Below are positions 24,353 to 35,800 of a stretch of DNA of 64,000 bases, one piece after another. The number at the start of each line of letters is the position of its first letter. The first letter of the stretch is position 1. Under the pieces are notes generated by a model, which saw nothing but the letters and a program-made list of their open reading frames with translations, did not search any database and had not been told where the DNA came from. The translations under genes were made by a program, and so were the position numbers. The DNA comes from Vicugna vicugna (taxonomy: Eukaryota), in the NCBI GenBank assembly GCA_013265495.1, contig MU058384.1, forward strand, positions 5,948,792 to 6,012,791. Direction: 5' to 3'.

Positions 24353-24750
24353 CGTACTGGGTTGAATGGTGTTCTCCCCAAATCCAAATCTATCTAGAAT
24401 TTGTGAATGGGACCTTATTTAAAAACAGGGTCTTTGCAGGTACAATCAAGGCCATACTGGACAAGGGTGGGCTCTCTTCCATTGACTGATGTTGTTATAA
24501 GACTAAGGAAATTTGGATGCAGACATAAAGGAAAGATGGGCCTATGAAGATGGAGGCAAAGACTGAAGTCATGAAGCCAGAAGCCAGAAACCAGAAGCCA
24601 AGGAATATCAAGGACAGTGGGCAGTCACCAGAGGTTTTAAATGGTGGGAAAGAATCCTTTCCTGAGGTCCCTGAGAGAGCATGGCCCTGTCAATGTGTTC
24701 ATTTCTAGCCTTCAGAAGTGTAAGGCAGTAAACTTCACCTGTATTAAGCA
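24353..24750 (+). mobile_element. MaLR solo LTR, MLT1C-like
   Basis: gggttgaatggtg...tgtgaatgggaccttattt...gaagatggaggcaaagactgaagtcatg...agagagcatggccctg. Confidence 0.85.
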
Positions 24751-25726
24751 AAAAGAAAAAACAAGAAAAGGGTGTTAGGGACACTATAATAGTTACTTTG
24801 ACAGATTTCTCTGGAATGTTTTAAAGTTTTTAAAAGACAAAAATGTTCCACCACCATGTTATTGATAACAAATTAAGAAACAGATGTTTTAGCATAGTCT
24901 TAACTAACATTTTTGTATATATTAATAGGATTATAAAGATTTTTCAACAAAATAGTAAATATTTGTCTTCAGCACTTTCAATTACAGGGTTAAATTCAAA
25001 CAAAAGTAAGTACACAAAGATGAGAAGTCTCACCCAAATCTCGACCTAGATCATTATTTATTAATCATTCCACTCTGTGTCAAGTGTCGGGCTGCGTGCT
25101 GTTCCTTTTGAGGATTCAAAGATGGGATAAAAGCAGCCCTGTTGTCCAGGTGCTCCCAGCATCGAGCCAGAGAGAAGACCTGTAAATAGCGACCTTATAG
25201 CAGAGACCATCACTGCTCTATTATGCTAAAAGGTGTGCTGTTTGGGACATATTTCCCAATTAATGTTTCCTTATTATCTAGCCAATGTCTCCTCCCTGCT
25301 CCTTGCCCATGTTAATGGACCCAGGAAAGAGGCTGCCAGAAGCGGGGGAAGCCGGATCCTTCCATCCTTAGAGGGTAACAGCAGGAGGAGCGGATAAAAG
25401 GTGTAAGGGAATGAGACGCCTGTGTCTCAGCCTTTGTCCTGGAGTAGAAGTTCTAGTGGCTGGATTTCTGAGATTCCTCAGGAGAGAGCTGATGACGAGA
25501 GTGGGTTGGGGTCCTGGCAGCGTTGACCTTGAGGAGCGGCGGGCATCTGCTGCACCGGGAGCGGAAGGACCGCGCGCTCCCACCCAGCCATGACTCGGCA
25601 GAAGATGTCCAGGGAACGAGGGACCAGAGACAGCACAGAGGCTCCTGGCACAAATGCAAGACAGCTCCTTCCCCGTGCAAATCAAACTCCAAACCCAGGA
25701 GCTCACTGTGAGGCCCCCATGGAATG

Positions 25727-25740
25727 GCGCCCTCTGGAGG
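25727..25740 (-). promoter_or_regulatory. CTCF core motif candidate
   Basis: Minus strand CCTCCAGAGGGCGC versus CCASYAGRKGGCRS: one mismatch; lies in a locally CpG-rich patch (about 25330-25760). Confidence 0.6.
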
Positions 25741-26876
25741 AGAAGAGGAGAGGGGTGAACTAGAAGAGACAAAGCAGCAACAACGTATGAATGTTTATGT
25801 AAAAGAGATGGCTGATGCTGGAAGGCGAGGAGAAGCTGTGAATTGTCAAGTTAAAGCCTCTTCCCTCTCCCTCCTCCCTGCACCTCACTCCCGGGGTGGG
25901 AGTGTACTAGGAAAAACGGAGTGGACTGATCCTAACACAAGATCTCAAGAGGCCACATTTTCTTCTCAAGTGAAGATCAAGACAACCGAGGGGCTGGTCT
26001 TCTACATTTTCACTCCGCCAACCCCCACTTGTCCCTGCAGGCAAGGTCAAGCCTTTGCATAAACAAAATAGAATATATCAGTGAGTGAAGTGCTCCCGAA
26101 ATTCACATTCCTAACTGTGCCTTTCCTAAGGCTATAGTAAAAAAAAAAAAAAAAGCACCCAATTTCTTGTCGTTTTACAATTTACTATTCTAATCATGCA
26201 TCTTTGTCTCTTAGAAGCCTAAATGTCACTTCTCCCAGCTTTTATCTACTTCATTTGATGGTTTGATGGGTCCCATTAAAATAAAGCCCCGGAGTATAAC
26301 TGGTTTTTACAACAATTGATCACAGCGAGGAAGGTCAGCGCAGCCACAGCTGCCTTCTGGAGAGCTAGCCTAGTTTCTCCAGAATCAGGGCTGGATTCCT
26401 CAGCTGATACAGACAGGCTCTCAGGGCTCCAGCTAGCAGGGCACCATAGGAAGCAGTTTAAGAAGGAAGAAAAATCATTTAAGAGAGGATCAGAAGTCTA
26501 ACAAGAAACTTTTAATTTTATCATATTGTAGTTTTTGTATTGCTTGAAAGATAAAACCATTGAGTTTAACCTTATTTTTATTTTAAATTATATCTGAAAG
26601 ACATCCTTATCTTTTTAATGCTTATATCCTCTCAAAGGATTACCTGGCCCTGTGCAGAAAAGCATATTAAAAAAAAAGTAATGAGATACAGATATTGTCC
26701 CATCCGATTTTAAGAGTTTTGGGTTTTTTTTTACTAGATAAAAGGAGAATAAAAACACAAACTTTTGTCTGTCCTCTGAGAAAGTGATGTGTGAAGAGGA
26801 GGAAAGAACCAGGACTATTGCAGGCTTCTGCGTTAGCCTTGTTTCTTCTCATGAGGAGTTATTAAAACCATACCAA

Positions 26877-26960
26877 GGTGGAGAGGGTAATAGCTCAGTG
26901 GCAGAGTGTGTGCACCCGAGGTCCTGGGTTCAATCCCCAGTGCCTCCATTTAAAAAAAAA
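26877..26960 (+). mobile_element. Vic-1-like tRNA-derived SINE (short form, internal deletion)
   Basis: A box tagctcagtgg, B box ggttcaatccc, A tail followed by (CA)n. Confidence 0.85.
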
Positions 26961-27769
26961 TTACACACACACACACACACACATATCTCAGGATATGTAG
27001 TTGACCTTCCAAAGAGACCTATGCTTTGGGGATGTGTGTTTGTGTTTGGAGAGTGTGTGTGTGTGTGTGTGTGTGTGGTGGGCAAGGGAGAGGGAGACCA
27101 GATACACTCCCTCAGACTAAAGTGGTACAGGTCCTCGGAAAGAAATGAGGTCTGAGCCCCACAGCTTTGGGGTAATGAAGCCAAGGCTGTGAAGAACCAC
27201 CCAGACCCCGATACGCACAACTGAAGCCAAAGGACAAGAGCAGGTTCCGGAGCTGTTATGTGATCAGGGAGTTGACAATTCACATTTCTTTCAGTTTTTA
27301 TTTTTCCACACGACAGAGGTCAGCAAACATAGAAACTCTCTCAATGAACTCCTTCTCCTCCTTTTAAAAACTTATATATATTTTAAGAGATACATAAATG
27401 TAAGATGTCTGTCTTTCTGTCTGTCTACCTCACCCCCATACCTCTCTATCTCTGTCTCTATACATTCCTTGTCACCTGACCGCATGTGGTTTCCAGTACC
27501 TAGTAGAGTGCTTTGCTCAGAGTAGCGCTCAATTAATGCTGTGTCACTCCTCTGAGACATCTGAAAATTACCCATGAACTTTTGCCATTCTCTTTTGAAA
27601 GGTGGTATTATAAAAATTTTAAATGTACCAAGCTATTTCAAAACAGCCAGTGAGTTTGTAATCGTTGATGCTAGGGTAACGGATAAGTGCTCACTATGCC
27701 AAACAACATACCAAGTTCTCCACATACATGATGTTACCTGATCCTCACTGGCCAGAGAATATTAGCCAG

Positions 27770-27985
27770 TACTGGGCCCTTCCATGGGCTAGGCTCCCAG
27801 CTCAGCACCTTGATGATGTGTGCTAAATTTATTTTTCATAACAAATGTAGAAAAATAGAAACTACTATCAATTCGGCCTTAAACTGAGAAACTCCGTGGC
27901 TTAGAAAGGTTAAATGATTAGCTTACAAACCTCACTGCTGCCGCGTGGTGGCGCTGGGATTTGAGCAGGCAGTCTGGTCTTAACC
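27770..27985 (-). mobile_element. MIR SINE
   Basis: cttagaaaggttaaatgattagcttacaaacctcac...gctgggatttgagcaggcagtctgg. Confidence 0.7.
27941..27954 (+). promoter_or_regulatory. CTCF motif candidate inside a MIR
   Basis: CCGCGTGGTGGCGC matches the CCGCGNGGNGGC class of CTCF sites. Confidence 0.55.
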
Positions 27986-28039
27986 ACGTAATATTTCCCC
28001 CGTTTTACAGAGGAATTAGTTCAGGTTTTCTTCAGAGGT

Positions 28040-28620
28040 AAGTCAAATCATGTTACTCTTCTAATCAATAACCTTTCATGACCTTCCATTTCAGTCGAAG
28101 TAAAAACCAAAGCCCCTATCATCACCTCGAAAGCCCTCCATGTGCTAGTAGCCTGTTACTCTGACATCACCTCCTATTGTTCCGGCTCTCCACCAGTGAT
28201 AGCTGTCTCTCTGCTGGTCCTTCAACACTCGAGGCAAGGTCTCCCTGCCTCGGGACCTTTGCACTTGCTGTTACCTCTATTGGGAAAGCTTTTTTCCCAG
28301 ATAGTCACGTCTCATTCTCTTACTTCCTTAGGTACAGTCAAATGTCACCTCAGGTAATTCTTGATTATTCCATTCCAAGTTGCCACCTTTCCTCCTACTC
28401 CCAGTCTCAGCACTCTGCCCTTCTTCCTTCATCCTTTTTATTTTTCTTGAATGTCTATTTATAATATAAATTCATCTACTTATTAAAGGTCACCTCCTCT
28501 CTCTAAAATATAAGCTTCATCGAGGACAGGTTTGTTTGTTTGTTTGTTTATATGCAGCACCAGCATTTAGAATAGAACCCAGTATAGTAATGAATGTGCA
28601 AGAAGTATTTGAGTGAGTGA
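28040..28620 (+). mobile_element. L2 LINE 3' region
   Basis: tcaaatcatgttactc...cctgcctcgggacctttgcacttgctgtt...aatataagcttcatcgaggacagg. Confidence 0.8.
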
Positions 28621-29721
28621 CAAGAGCTTAAGAAACTCATGCACGGTTACACATTTAGTAACAGGCAAAACGAGGCTTCATTACAAATCCAGTACTGGAG
28701 TTTGTCCACTTATCAAATGCATGAACTATTTTCCTGGCCTCTTCTTCTAAGTCCCTTGGTCTTTAATTATAATAGGTCGGGTGAACGTGAATAAACAAAC
28801 CAAACAGGAAAAAGGCAGCATTTGTTACTGTCTCTTAAAGTGGGATACTTTAAAGCGAGATCAAATCAGAGGCCAGGTCAGGGAAAGGGGACACTGGTCT
28901 TTAACAGAAAGGGAGTTGACAAGTGATGAAGTAAGGAATGTGCTGATGTTTCTGGGCTGCACGAAGGGGCGAAGTGTGGGAAGGTCCCGGATGAAGTTGG
29001 TGTTGGGTTAATTAATTAGGGTGGGATGCCTGCACATTAAGGGGAGGAAGGAACCAAGGGGATTGATTTGGAGTGGACTGAAGTCTCAAGTAGCAGTTAC
29101 AAAGGATCCTGGAGGCACAGGAAGGATGGGAGAAGTGCTGGGTACAGCTCAATTTGGCGAGTGGCCAAAGAAACATGTCAGATATTAGTGAAAACAGGCC
29201 GCAGCTGCTGCACTTTACAAGCTACATGTCAGGCCTTCCCTAGCCACCCCCTGCCCCACCCCAGCTCATGTCCCGGAATAGTCATTTTCTTCCGAAGACA
29301 GCCAGTCATAACTCAGTTCTCACTTGAGGGCATAAGAGAAGGCAGGGGATACTCAGTTCATTGCTAGTGGAAAAGAGCTCACAGCTTTAAGGAAAACTCA
29401 ATTTCTTCCGAAACTGAGAATTTAGATATTAGTGTATAGAAGTCCCACCTCTTTTGTTCTTAGGACAATTTTTTATATTAGTGGTTGTTTTTCTTTAACC
29501 TCATGATATCTTAATTTGTAATGTCTAAGACAGCTAGAATATTTAAAAGTATTTTTACTCCCTTCCCTTTCAAAATGTATTTGTTATGTTTTGCCTTGTT
29601 TCTCCATTCTGGAAAAAAGATTCTAGATAGTTCAGAATAAAACATATATATGTATATACACACATACTTATACACTGGACAGTTTAAAAATGGAAAGGAG
29701 AAAAACATTTAAAGATATCCT

Positions 29722-29806
29722 GGGGGAGGGTATAGCTCAGTGGTAGAGTACATGCCTAGCATGAGCAAAGTCCTGGGTTCAATCCCCAGTACCGCCATTA
29801 AAAAAA
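29722..29806 (+). mobile_element. Vic-1-like tRNA-derived SINE (short form)
   Basis: Intact A and B boxes, poly(A), exact 10-bp TSD aaagatatcc (29711-29720 and 29807-29816) at a TT|AAAG L1-endonuclease-type site. Confidence 0.92.
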
Positions 29807-29904
29807 AAAGATATCCATATTGTTACTAAATAATATAATCTGGCTGAACTACTTGGTAGCATGTTTCCCCTCCTCCTGTTCATCCCCCTCCCCCTACAAA
29901 GCTT

Positions 29905-30140
29905 AGATGGCGGTTAAGTGCGTGGACTCTGGAACCACAGAGGCTGAGTCTGATTCCAGGCTCTGCCACTTCCTAGCTGTGTAACTGTGCTTAAATTATT
30001 GACTCTTTATATTCCTCACTTTTCCTTACCATAAAATGAGGCAAAAAAATAATTCTTAACTAAAAGGGATTTAGTAATGTTTAGTTGAGTAAATATATAT
30101 AACATTTATAACAGTCCTAAATGTTAAATGCTATTATTTA
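29905..30140 (+). mobile_element. MIR SINE, near full length
   Basis: ggttaagtgcgtggactctgga...ggctctgccacttcctagctgtgtaac...taaaatgagg. Confidence 0.8.
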
Positions 30141-30799
30141 TAGACACTATAGATGCTTAAATGATTTTCTGTGATTTCTTAACTTGTTATACACAGTACT
30201 TAGAAAAGAACCCATAGAGTGGTACTTAAATAGTTTGTATCATATTGAGGAAAAGAAAATATAATCATAGTTCCAGTTAGTAGATATTTCTTGTTCTGAT
30301 GAAATATGTAAATGACATACGGAAAGCCCTTCTGTTTAGGGAAATAAAAGTCCATACAAAATAAGAGCAGGTTCAACATTCAGGAAGTGAATTCTTTTCA
30401 TTTTGTCTATGATCAGCTTTTCTTTGCGACACTGCTCACATGCCGAGTGAAGCTGTTTCCTGCAATAGCCATTGTTTGCATGCCGAGATGATGCAAAGCA
30501 TAAGGTAACACGGTGCCCAAGAACCGCACACTTTTTCGGATGGAGGATCTGATGGTTTGTCAAGGATGCTTGCTAAGAATAAAGATTTTGCTCTATGTCT
30601 CTATCTTTCTTGAGTTTCTTCTAGCATGAATTGATCCCTATCTTACTCGGGTATTGTAAATCACGGATAAAAATTGTAGAAAATGCTAAAACCAAACTAA
30701 ATCCTATGTAAGTTATCAATGAATAAATTTACCTCAAGTTGCTAATTTTGAGTACTTTATTGTTTAATCAGTTGTTCTGTGGTCATCTGACTATTTAAA

Positions 30800-31350
30800 C
30801 TAAAATAAATTATGGACCACAAATCAGATGCTGAGCACTGTTACAGGGTCTGGATACAGAAAGTTGAAAGAAACAAGTCCTCTCTTCAATAGAAAGCATT
30901 GTCTAATAGGATAGATACAAATTATCTTCATCTAATTATAATGTTCACGGTCATACTATGATATCAACACCACCAATACATTACTAGGGAGATGCTAAAA
31001 AGAGAGAGATTAATTCTTCTGGAAGTATAGGGTGCAGATGGCCTTGAAGGATGAATAGAGGTAACCAAGTCGCAACTCAGGGAGCAGCCAAACAGTAGGC
31101 AGTGTTTCTAGTTCATGCAAATAGTCTGCTGAAGCTAGAATATGGGTTGAAGGGTGGAGACTGTCATGATACATGTGTATGAAAAAGGGATAATACATTA
31201 AGCAAGGCAGTGACAATGAAAATGTAGTGGAGAGGGTTCATTTGACATTTTGAGGCACGATCAACAAGACTTGATGACTGATGCTGCTTAGGGTTGAGGT
31301 GTTGAAATTGGAGATGATGTGGCTTGGGTTTGTGACATGACTGAGATGGG
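30800..31350 (-). mobile_element. Degenerate L2
   Basis: ggccttgaaggatgaatagagg...tcaacaagacttgatgactgatg. Confidence 0.55.
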
Positions 31351-33713
31351 GACCCAGCGCACGCTCTTGTTTTGCTCATTCTACTTTTGTTGGCAAGAAT
31401 GTATGTATTGATAATTCAGACGGAGATATTTCAAGTTTGAATATTTTGTCCCATTGCAATCAAAACCACCTTTACCCTAGTCTCTCTGGTGTTCAGCTCA
31501 TCACACGGATCTAACTCAGAGGTGCATTATGCTGGGCATCTCATGGTTTCTCGGGCTCATTTCCCCCCGTCTCACAGCATGTCTTTAGCGCTATTGATTT
31601 TTGACTCTAGGACAAGCAACAGAAATGACCAGCGCTAACCCAAATAAAACAGAAAGAGCTCGTCCTCTGATTCCAATAGGACACACATCTAGAAAAATGT
31701 AACCCAGTCCCCTGGGAACATTATTCCAGGTGACTGTTTTGGGCCTTGCAAGCTTCCAGATCCCTAACGAGGCATGAGAATTAGCAACGGAAAGTAAACA
31801 GACCATTTCAGCACACCAGGAAACTTCTCTCCAGTCACAGATACATCCCTGTTCCTGAGAATTATACACAAGTCAATAAAGATTAACTAAACAGTTGGAA
31901 ATACAGCTAAATAAAAGCTGAGACTTTGAAAATCACTCAAGAATATGCACATTGCAAGCGGTTTGGCAAGAAGCTCCTACACATTTCTTTTTGCTCTATT
32001 TCTTAACTCAGTTTCTTTAAAAATCAGCCTTGGTAGACAAACGGAAATCCTCTGTTAACGGATATTTGAGCACTTGGGCTGTGTTCAGAGTTTGCTACTT
32101 AAACTCAGAGTCTCAATTTGTACTACTGATGGATGAGGATTTTCTTTTCTTTTTTTTTCTTTCGTGGTTAAAAATCATTTTTAAAATCATAATATTAAAC
32201 GCAAACATGTAAAAATGACATATATTAAACACAAGCATATTTCAAGAGTTTTTGAAACAAATGAAGACCCATCTTCTTTTGGCTTGTCCCTATATATTTA
32301 GGCGTCAGACTAAGTCTATTTTAAAGTATACATAACTGTGACTGGGACATGATTTTAAGGAATAGTTATCCAATTCATAGATTCAAGAAATCAATAAATT
32401 TTTTAAAATTTCCATTAACTTCTTACTTTTGATCCTGTTGTAATTTATTTGGGCATTTTTTTCAAGATGAAGATAGAAAATGAAACTCAAATTATTCACT
32501 TTTGCTCCTTGAATGTAGCTTCACCCCAAAAGTAGATGAAGTTGAGGAGATTTAAATTACTCCACAAACTGGAATAAAATTTCTAATGGTATGTGAACTT
32601 AGGTTTACTTATACTAGTTTCTCTCATTAGTACTTATTATTGAAAAATAGATTTAAATCATAAGAACCATATGTATTTTAATGTTGGAATGCTTTTTTTT
32701 GGAGAGAAATATAAATATAATAATTTGATAATTTTTAATAAGTAGTTAAAAGTTTACTTATTTAAAATTACCAAGTGCTTTAAAATGTCTGTCTGAAAAC
32801 TCCGGTTTTTGGTTTCTTTAAGAAATGAGCCAGCATTGCTGATTGTTCTGCTTACACATTAAGAGTTTCTTTCTGACATAATCAATGATCTTACTACTTT
32901 AAAAAAAAATATTAAATCTGAGAACTTAAGAATTATCAGAAAAAAATAAACAAAAACACTTTTATCATAAAAAAACTTAAGGTTTTTTTTTTAAAGTTTT
33001 GAGATGTGAGGAGTTCATTTAAAATTCAATTTTAAAAGTATTTTAGACTTGATTGATGCTTTTATGTCTGAGTTTCTGTTAGTTTTTAATACTTTCATTT
33101 TCAATTACTTTGAGCATGAACTGTATTGGCACAATCTGTAATAATAGTAAACTTGGCTATTTCATATTGGTTAAAACTTTCATACTATTTTTAATCAATT
33201 ATTTCAGTTTTACTCTTTCCTCAGTTGATACAGCTATGCAGAACCATTCTAAATAAATTGGCAACAAATAGAATTTTCCCTCAGAGTTTCATCCTCCATT
33301 TCTCATGATAGTCGAAGACTTTACGTAGTTCCTTAAATAGGATTCTCTACAGCAGAGAATTCTCATGTTCTAGACTCTTCTTTCTCTCTGTTAAAGCTTT
33401 TTTTTTTTTTTCAATCTTTCTCTTGGTCCCAAACTCTGTTCCCAGACTACCATTCAAGCATCAGTGACCCAAATGGCTTAATAATAAATTCTACTTTTCA
33501 GGTAACATCTTTTTAAAATGCCAAACCAAAAAAATCAGGGATTATTTTTTTTCCCAAGGGAAGCTTTTTCAGTATTTCCCTAAATCACGCACATAGGATC
33601 TGTCTTCTTGCTTTTGTGTTATGTTTCCATAATAATCCCACGATGTATTCTATGGGTCACAGTCCAAAGTCATATAGGAGTGCTAACTCTCTAGGCATCG
33701 TCACGCTCTATGA

Positions 33714-33945
33714 CATTGATTCTTGACTGGGAGTGGTATGAACTCATGCTCCCCAGCCTCCACCCCAGGGATATTTGGCAATGTCTGGACATGTTTTTTG
33801 TTGTCACAGCTGGGGAGATGCTACTGGAATCTGGTGGCTGGAGGCCAGGTATACTGTTCAACACCCTATAATGCAAAGGTCAGCCTCCTACACCAAAGAA
33901 TTACCCATCCCCAAATATGAATAGTGCCAAGGTTGAGAAACCCTA
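33714..33945 (+). mobile_element. MER20 (hAT-Charlie MITE)
   Basis: atttggcaatgtctgga...ttgtcacagctgggg...aatagtgccaaggttgagaaaccct; degenerate 8-bp TSD ctctatga / ctctaagg. Confidence 0.9.
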
Positions 33946-34409
33946 CTCTAAGGCAATGCCAGCCTAGAAAGCAGGTAATTAATCTCACTGAAAGGATTTC
34001 TTTTAATTTGGAATCCAAGGTAAAATGAATTTTGATTTCTACCAAGAGTGGTACAGCTATTTATGAAATGGTGTACTAACTTTTTACTGTGGCAGAGAGA
34101 AAGGATTAAAAGGTATACACTTTCACTTTCAAATTTGGATTTAAATTAAGCAGGCTGTAGTAAATCAAACAGGCAACTTTATAGTTTTGCTTTGATCATT
34201 GATATTGTAGTTTTAGAAATAACACTTTTAGTATTTTCTTAGTGTTATTTCTCCCTTCGGATTATTTTTATTTTCTCTAATTTAAGACAAATAACTCGGC
34301 AAGCCTTCTGAGTTTGTGTGACTGCACAGTATTCATGCCTATCATATTTTTTTTTTACATCTTTAAGTTACATCTTTCTATGTTGGAGTACCTCAAAGCT
34401 TTCCATGAT

Positions 34410-35800
34410 TTGGGTCATTCATTAATTTACTAATTAAATGAATATTTATTGAGCAGTAGCTGATTCAGACATTGCTCTAGATGTTACTGTCCTGCAGTAA
34501 TGTATAAAATAAACAAAAAAATCCATGCAGTCAAGGAGTGAATATTCTAGTGGAGTGAGAGAGAGAATAAAATTACATTGATATGAGTGCTGTGGACACA
34601 AGTAAAGTAAGAAAGGAAAGAGGGACTGCCATGGTGAGGGGCTGTGGGTGTAATTTTAAATAGGTTGGCCAGGTAAAGACAGGGAAGATGACATTTGAGC
34701 AAACACCTGAAGATGAGGGAGTGAGCCATGTGGCTAACGGGGTGAAGTGCATTCCAGAAAGAGGAAACTGTAAGTGTGAAGGCCTGAGGCTGGAATGTAC
34801 TTGACATATATGAAGATAGCAGAGAATCCATGTGGATGGAAGGGAATGAACTAGAGAAAGAAGAGGGCAACACAATCAGAGAGGCAACGGATGAGAAGAT
34901 CAAGTTAGATATTACAAGGCTGTTCAAACAATTTGGGCTTTTACACCGAGTGAGATGGGGAGCCATGGGAGAGTTTTGAGCTGAAGTATGATAGAATTTA
35001 ACTTGTGTTTTAAAATGATCACTTTTGGTTACTACATGGAAAGCAGACCAGGAGGGCAAGGGTTGAATCAGGCAGACCAGTAAGGAATCTACAGATGGTA
35101 GTGTGAACCAGGGTGCTAGCACTGAGAAGTGATTTATTAATTTATTGATTAATTGATGGATTGGATTTGAGGAAACGAAAGAGTAGCCAAGAGTTTTAGC
35201 TGGAGTAACTGGAGGACTGCTGTGGTATATTGTTGTATTGTTTACCAAATATTTCAGTTTCTTTAAATGTAGAGTCTCTTTCTGTGGAGGGATAATACAC
35301 CTCTGTCTTATTGAAATTGGGAGGCCACGTGACTTGCTTGACTCACAATAAGTAGGTAGATGCTTTAAGAGCCAGCACCTGGTTTGCCATATCATTTTTC
35401 CTTCTGTCACAAAACCAGCAATGTTCCAGCTAAAGGCTGCTCTGTAGGTTGGCTCCTAAAGCAAAGCCATTGTGCGTTACAACTGCAGGAGACACACAGA
35501 GGATACGTATCAAGAAATAAAACTTTGTTGTTGGAAGCCAGCAGAATGTTACAGTTCTTATTACTGCAGCATAACCCAGCTTAGCCTAACTAGTAGAAAT
35601 GTAATCGGCGTCAACTGAGATGGAGGTGCTTGCCAGAAGTGCAAGTTTTAGGTGTGTATGGAGGGTTTTGGTATGTAAGATTTGAGATGCCTATTACACA
35701 TCCAAGTGGAACTGTCAAATAGCTAGTTAAATATAAGGGGATGGAGTTCAAGGACAAGGTATAGACTCAGGATACACATTTGGGAGTCACCAGCATTGAA
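34410..35800 (-). mobile_element. L2 (L2a-like), interrupted by an MLT1 LTR
   Basis: aatatttattgagc tail; gatgacatttgagcaaacacctgaaga; resumes at about 35600 (aactgagatgg...tttgagatgcctattacacatccaagtgga). Confidence 0.85.
35221..35598 (+). mobile_element. MaLR solo LTR, MLT1I/MLT1H-like
   Basis: tgtgg start; ggccacgtgacttgctt; ctttaagagccagca; aagaaataaaactttgttgtt...ttactgcagcataacccagcttagcctaactagta. Confidence 0.75.

Noticed and set aside
26963..27076. Inverted (CA)n and (TG)n pair that could form a hairpin
   Set aside because: Common microsatellites, one arising from a SINE tail; no evidence of function.
29722..29806. tRNA-like sequences with A and B boxes (also 26.9, 39.1, 46.6 and 51.5 kb)
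   Set aside because: Poly(A) tails, TSDs and substitutions show they are SINEs, not tRNA genes.
34547..35410. Longest ORF (287 aa, minus strand)
   Set aside because: Spans a decayed L2 and an MLT1 LTR; Ser/Leu/His-rich with no recognisable domain.
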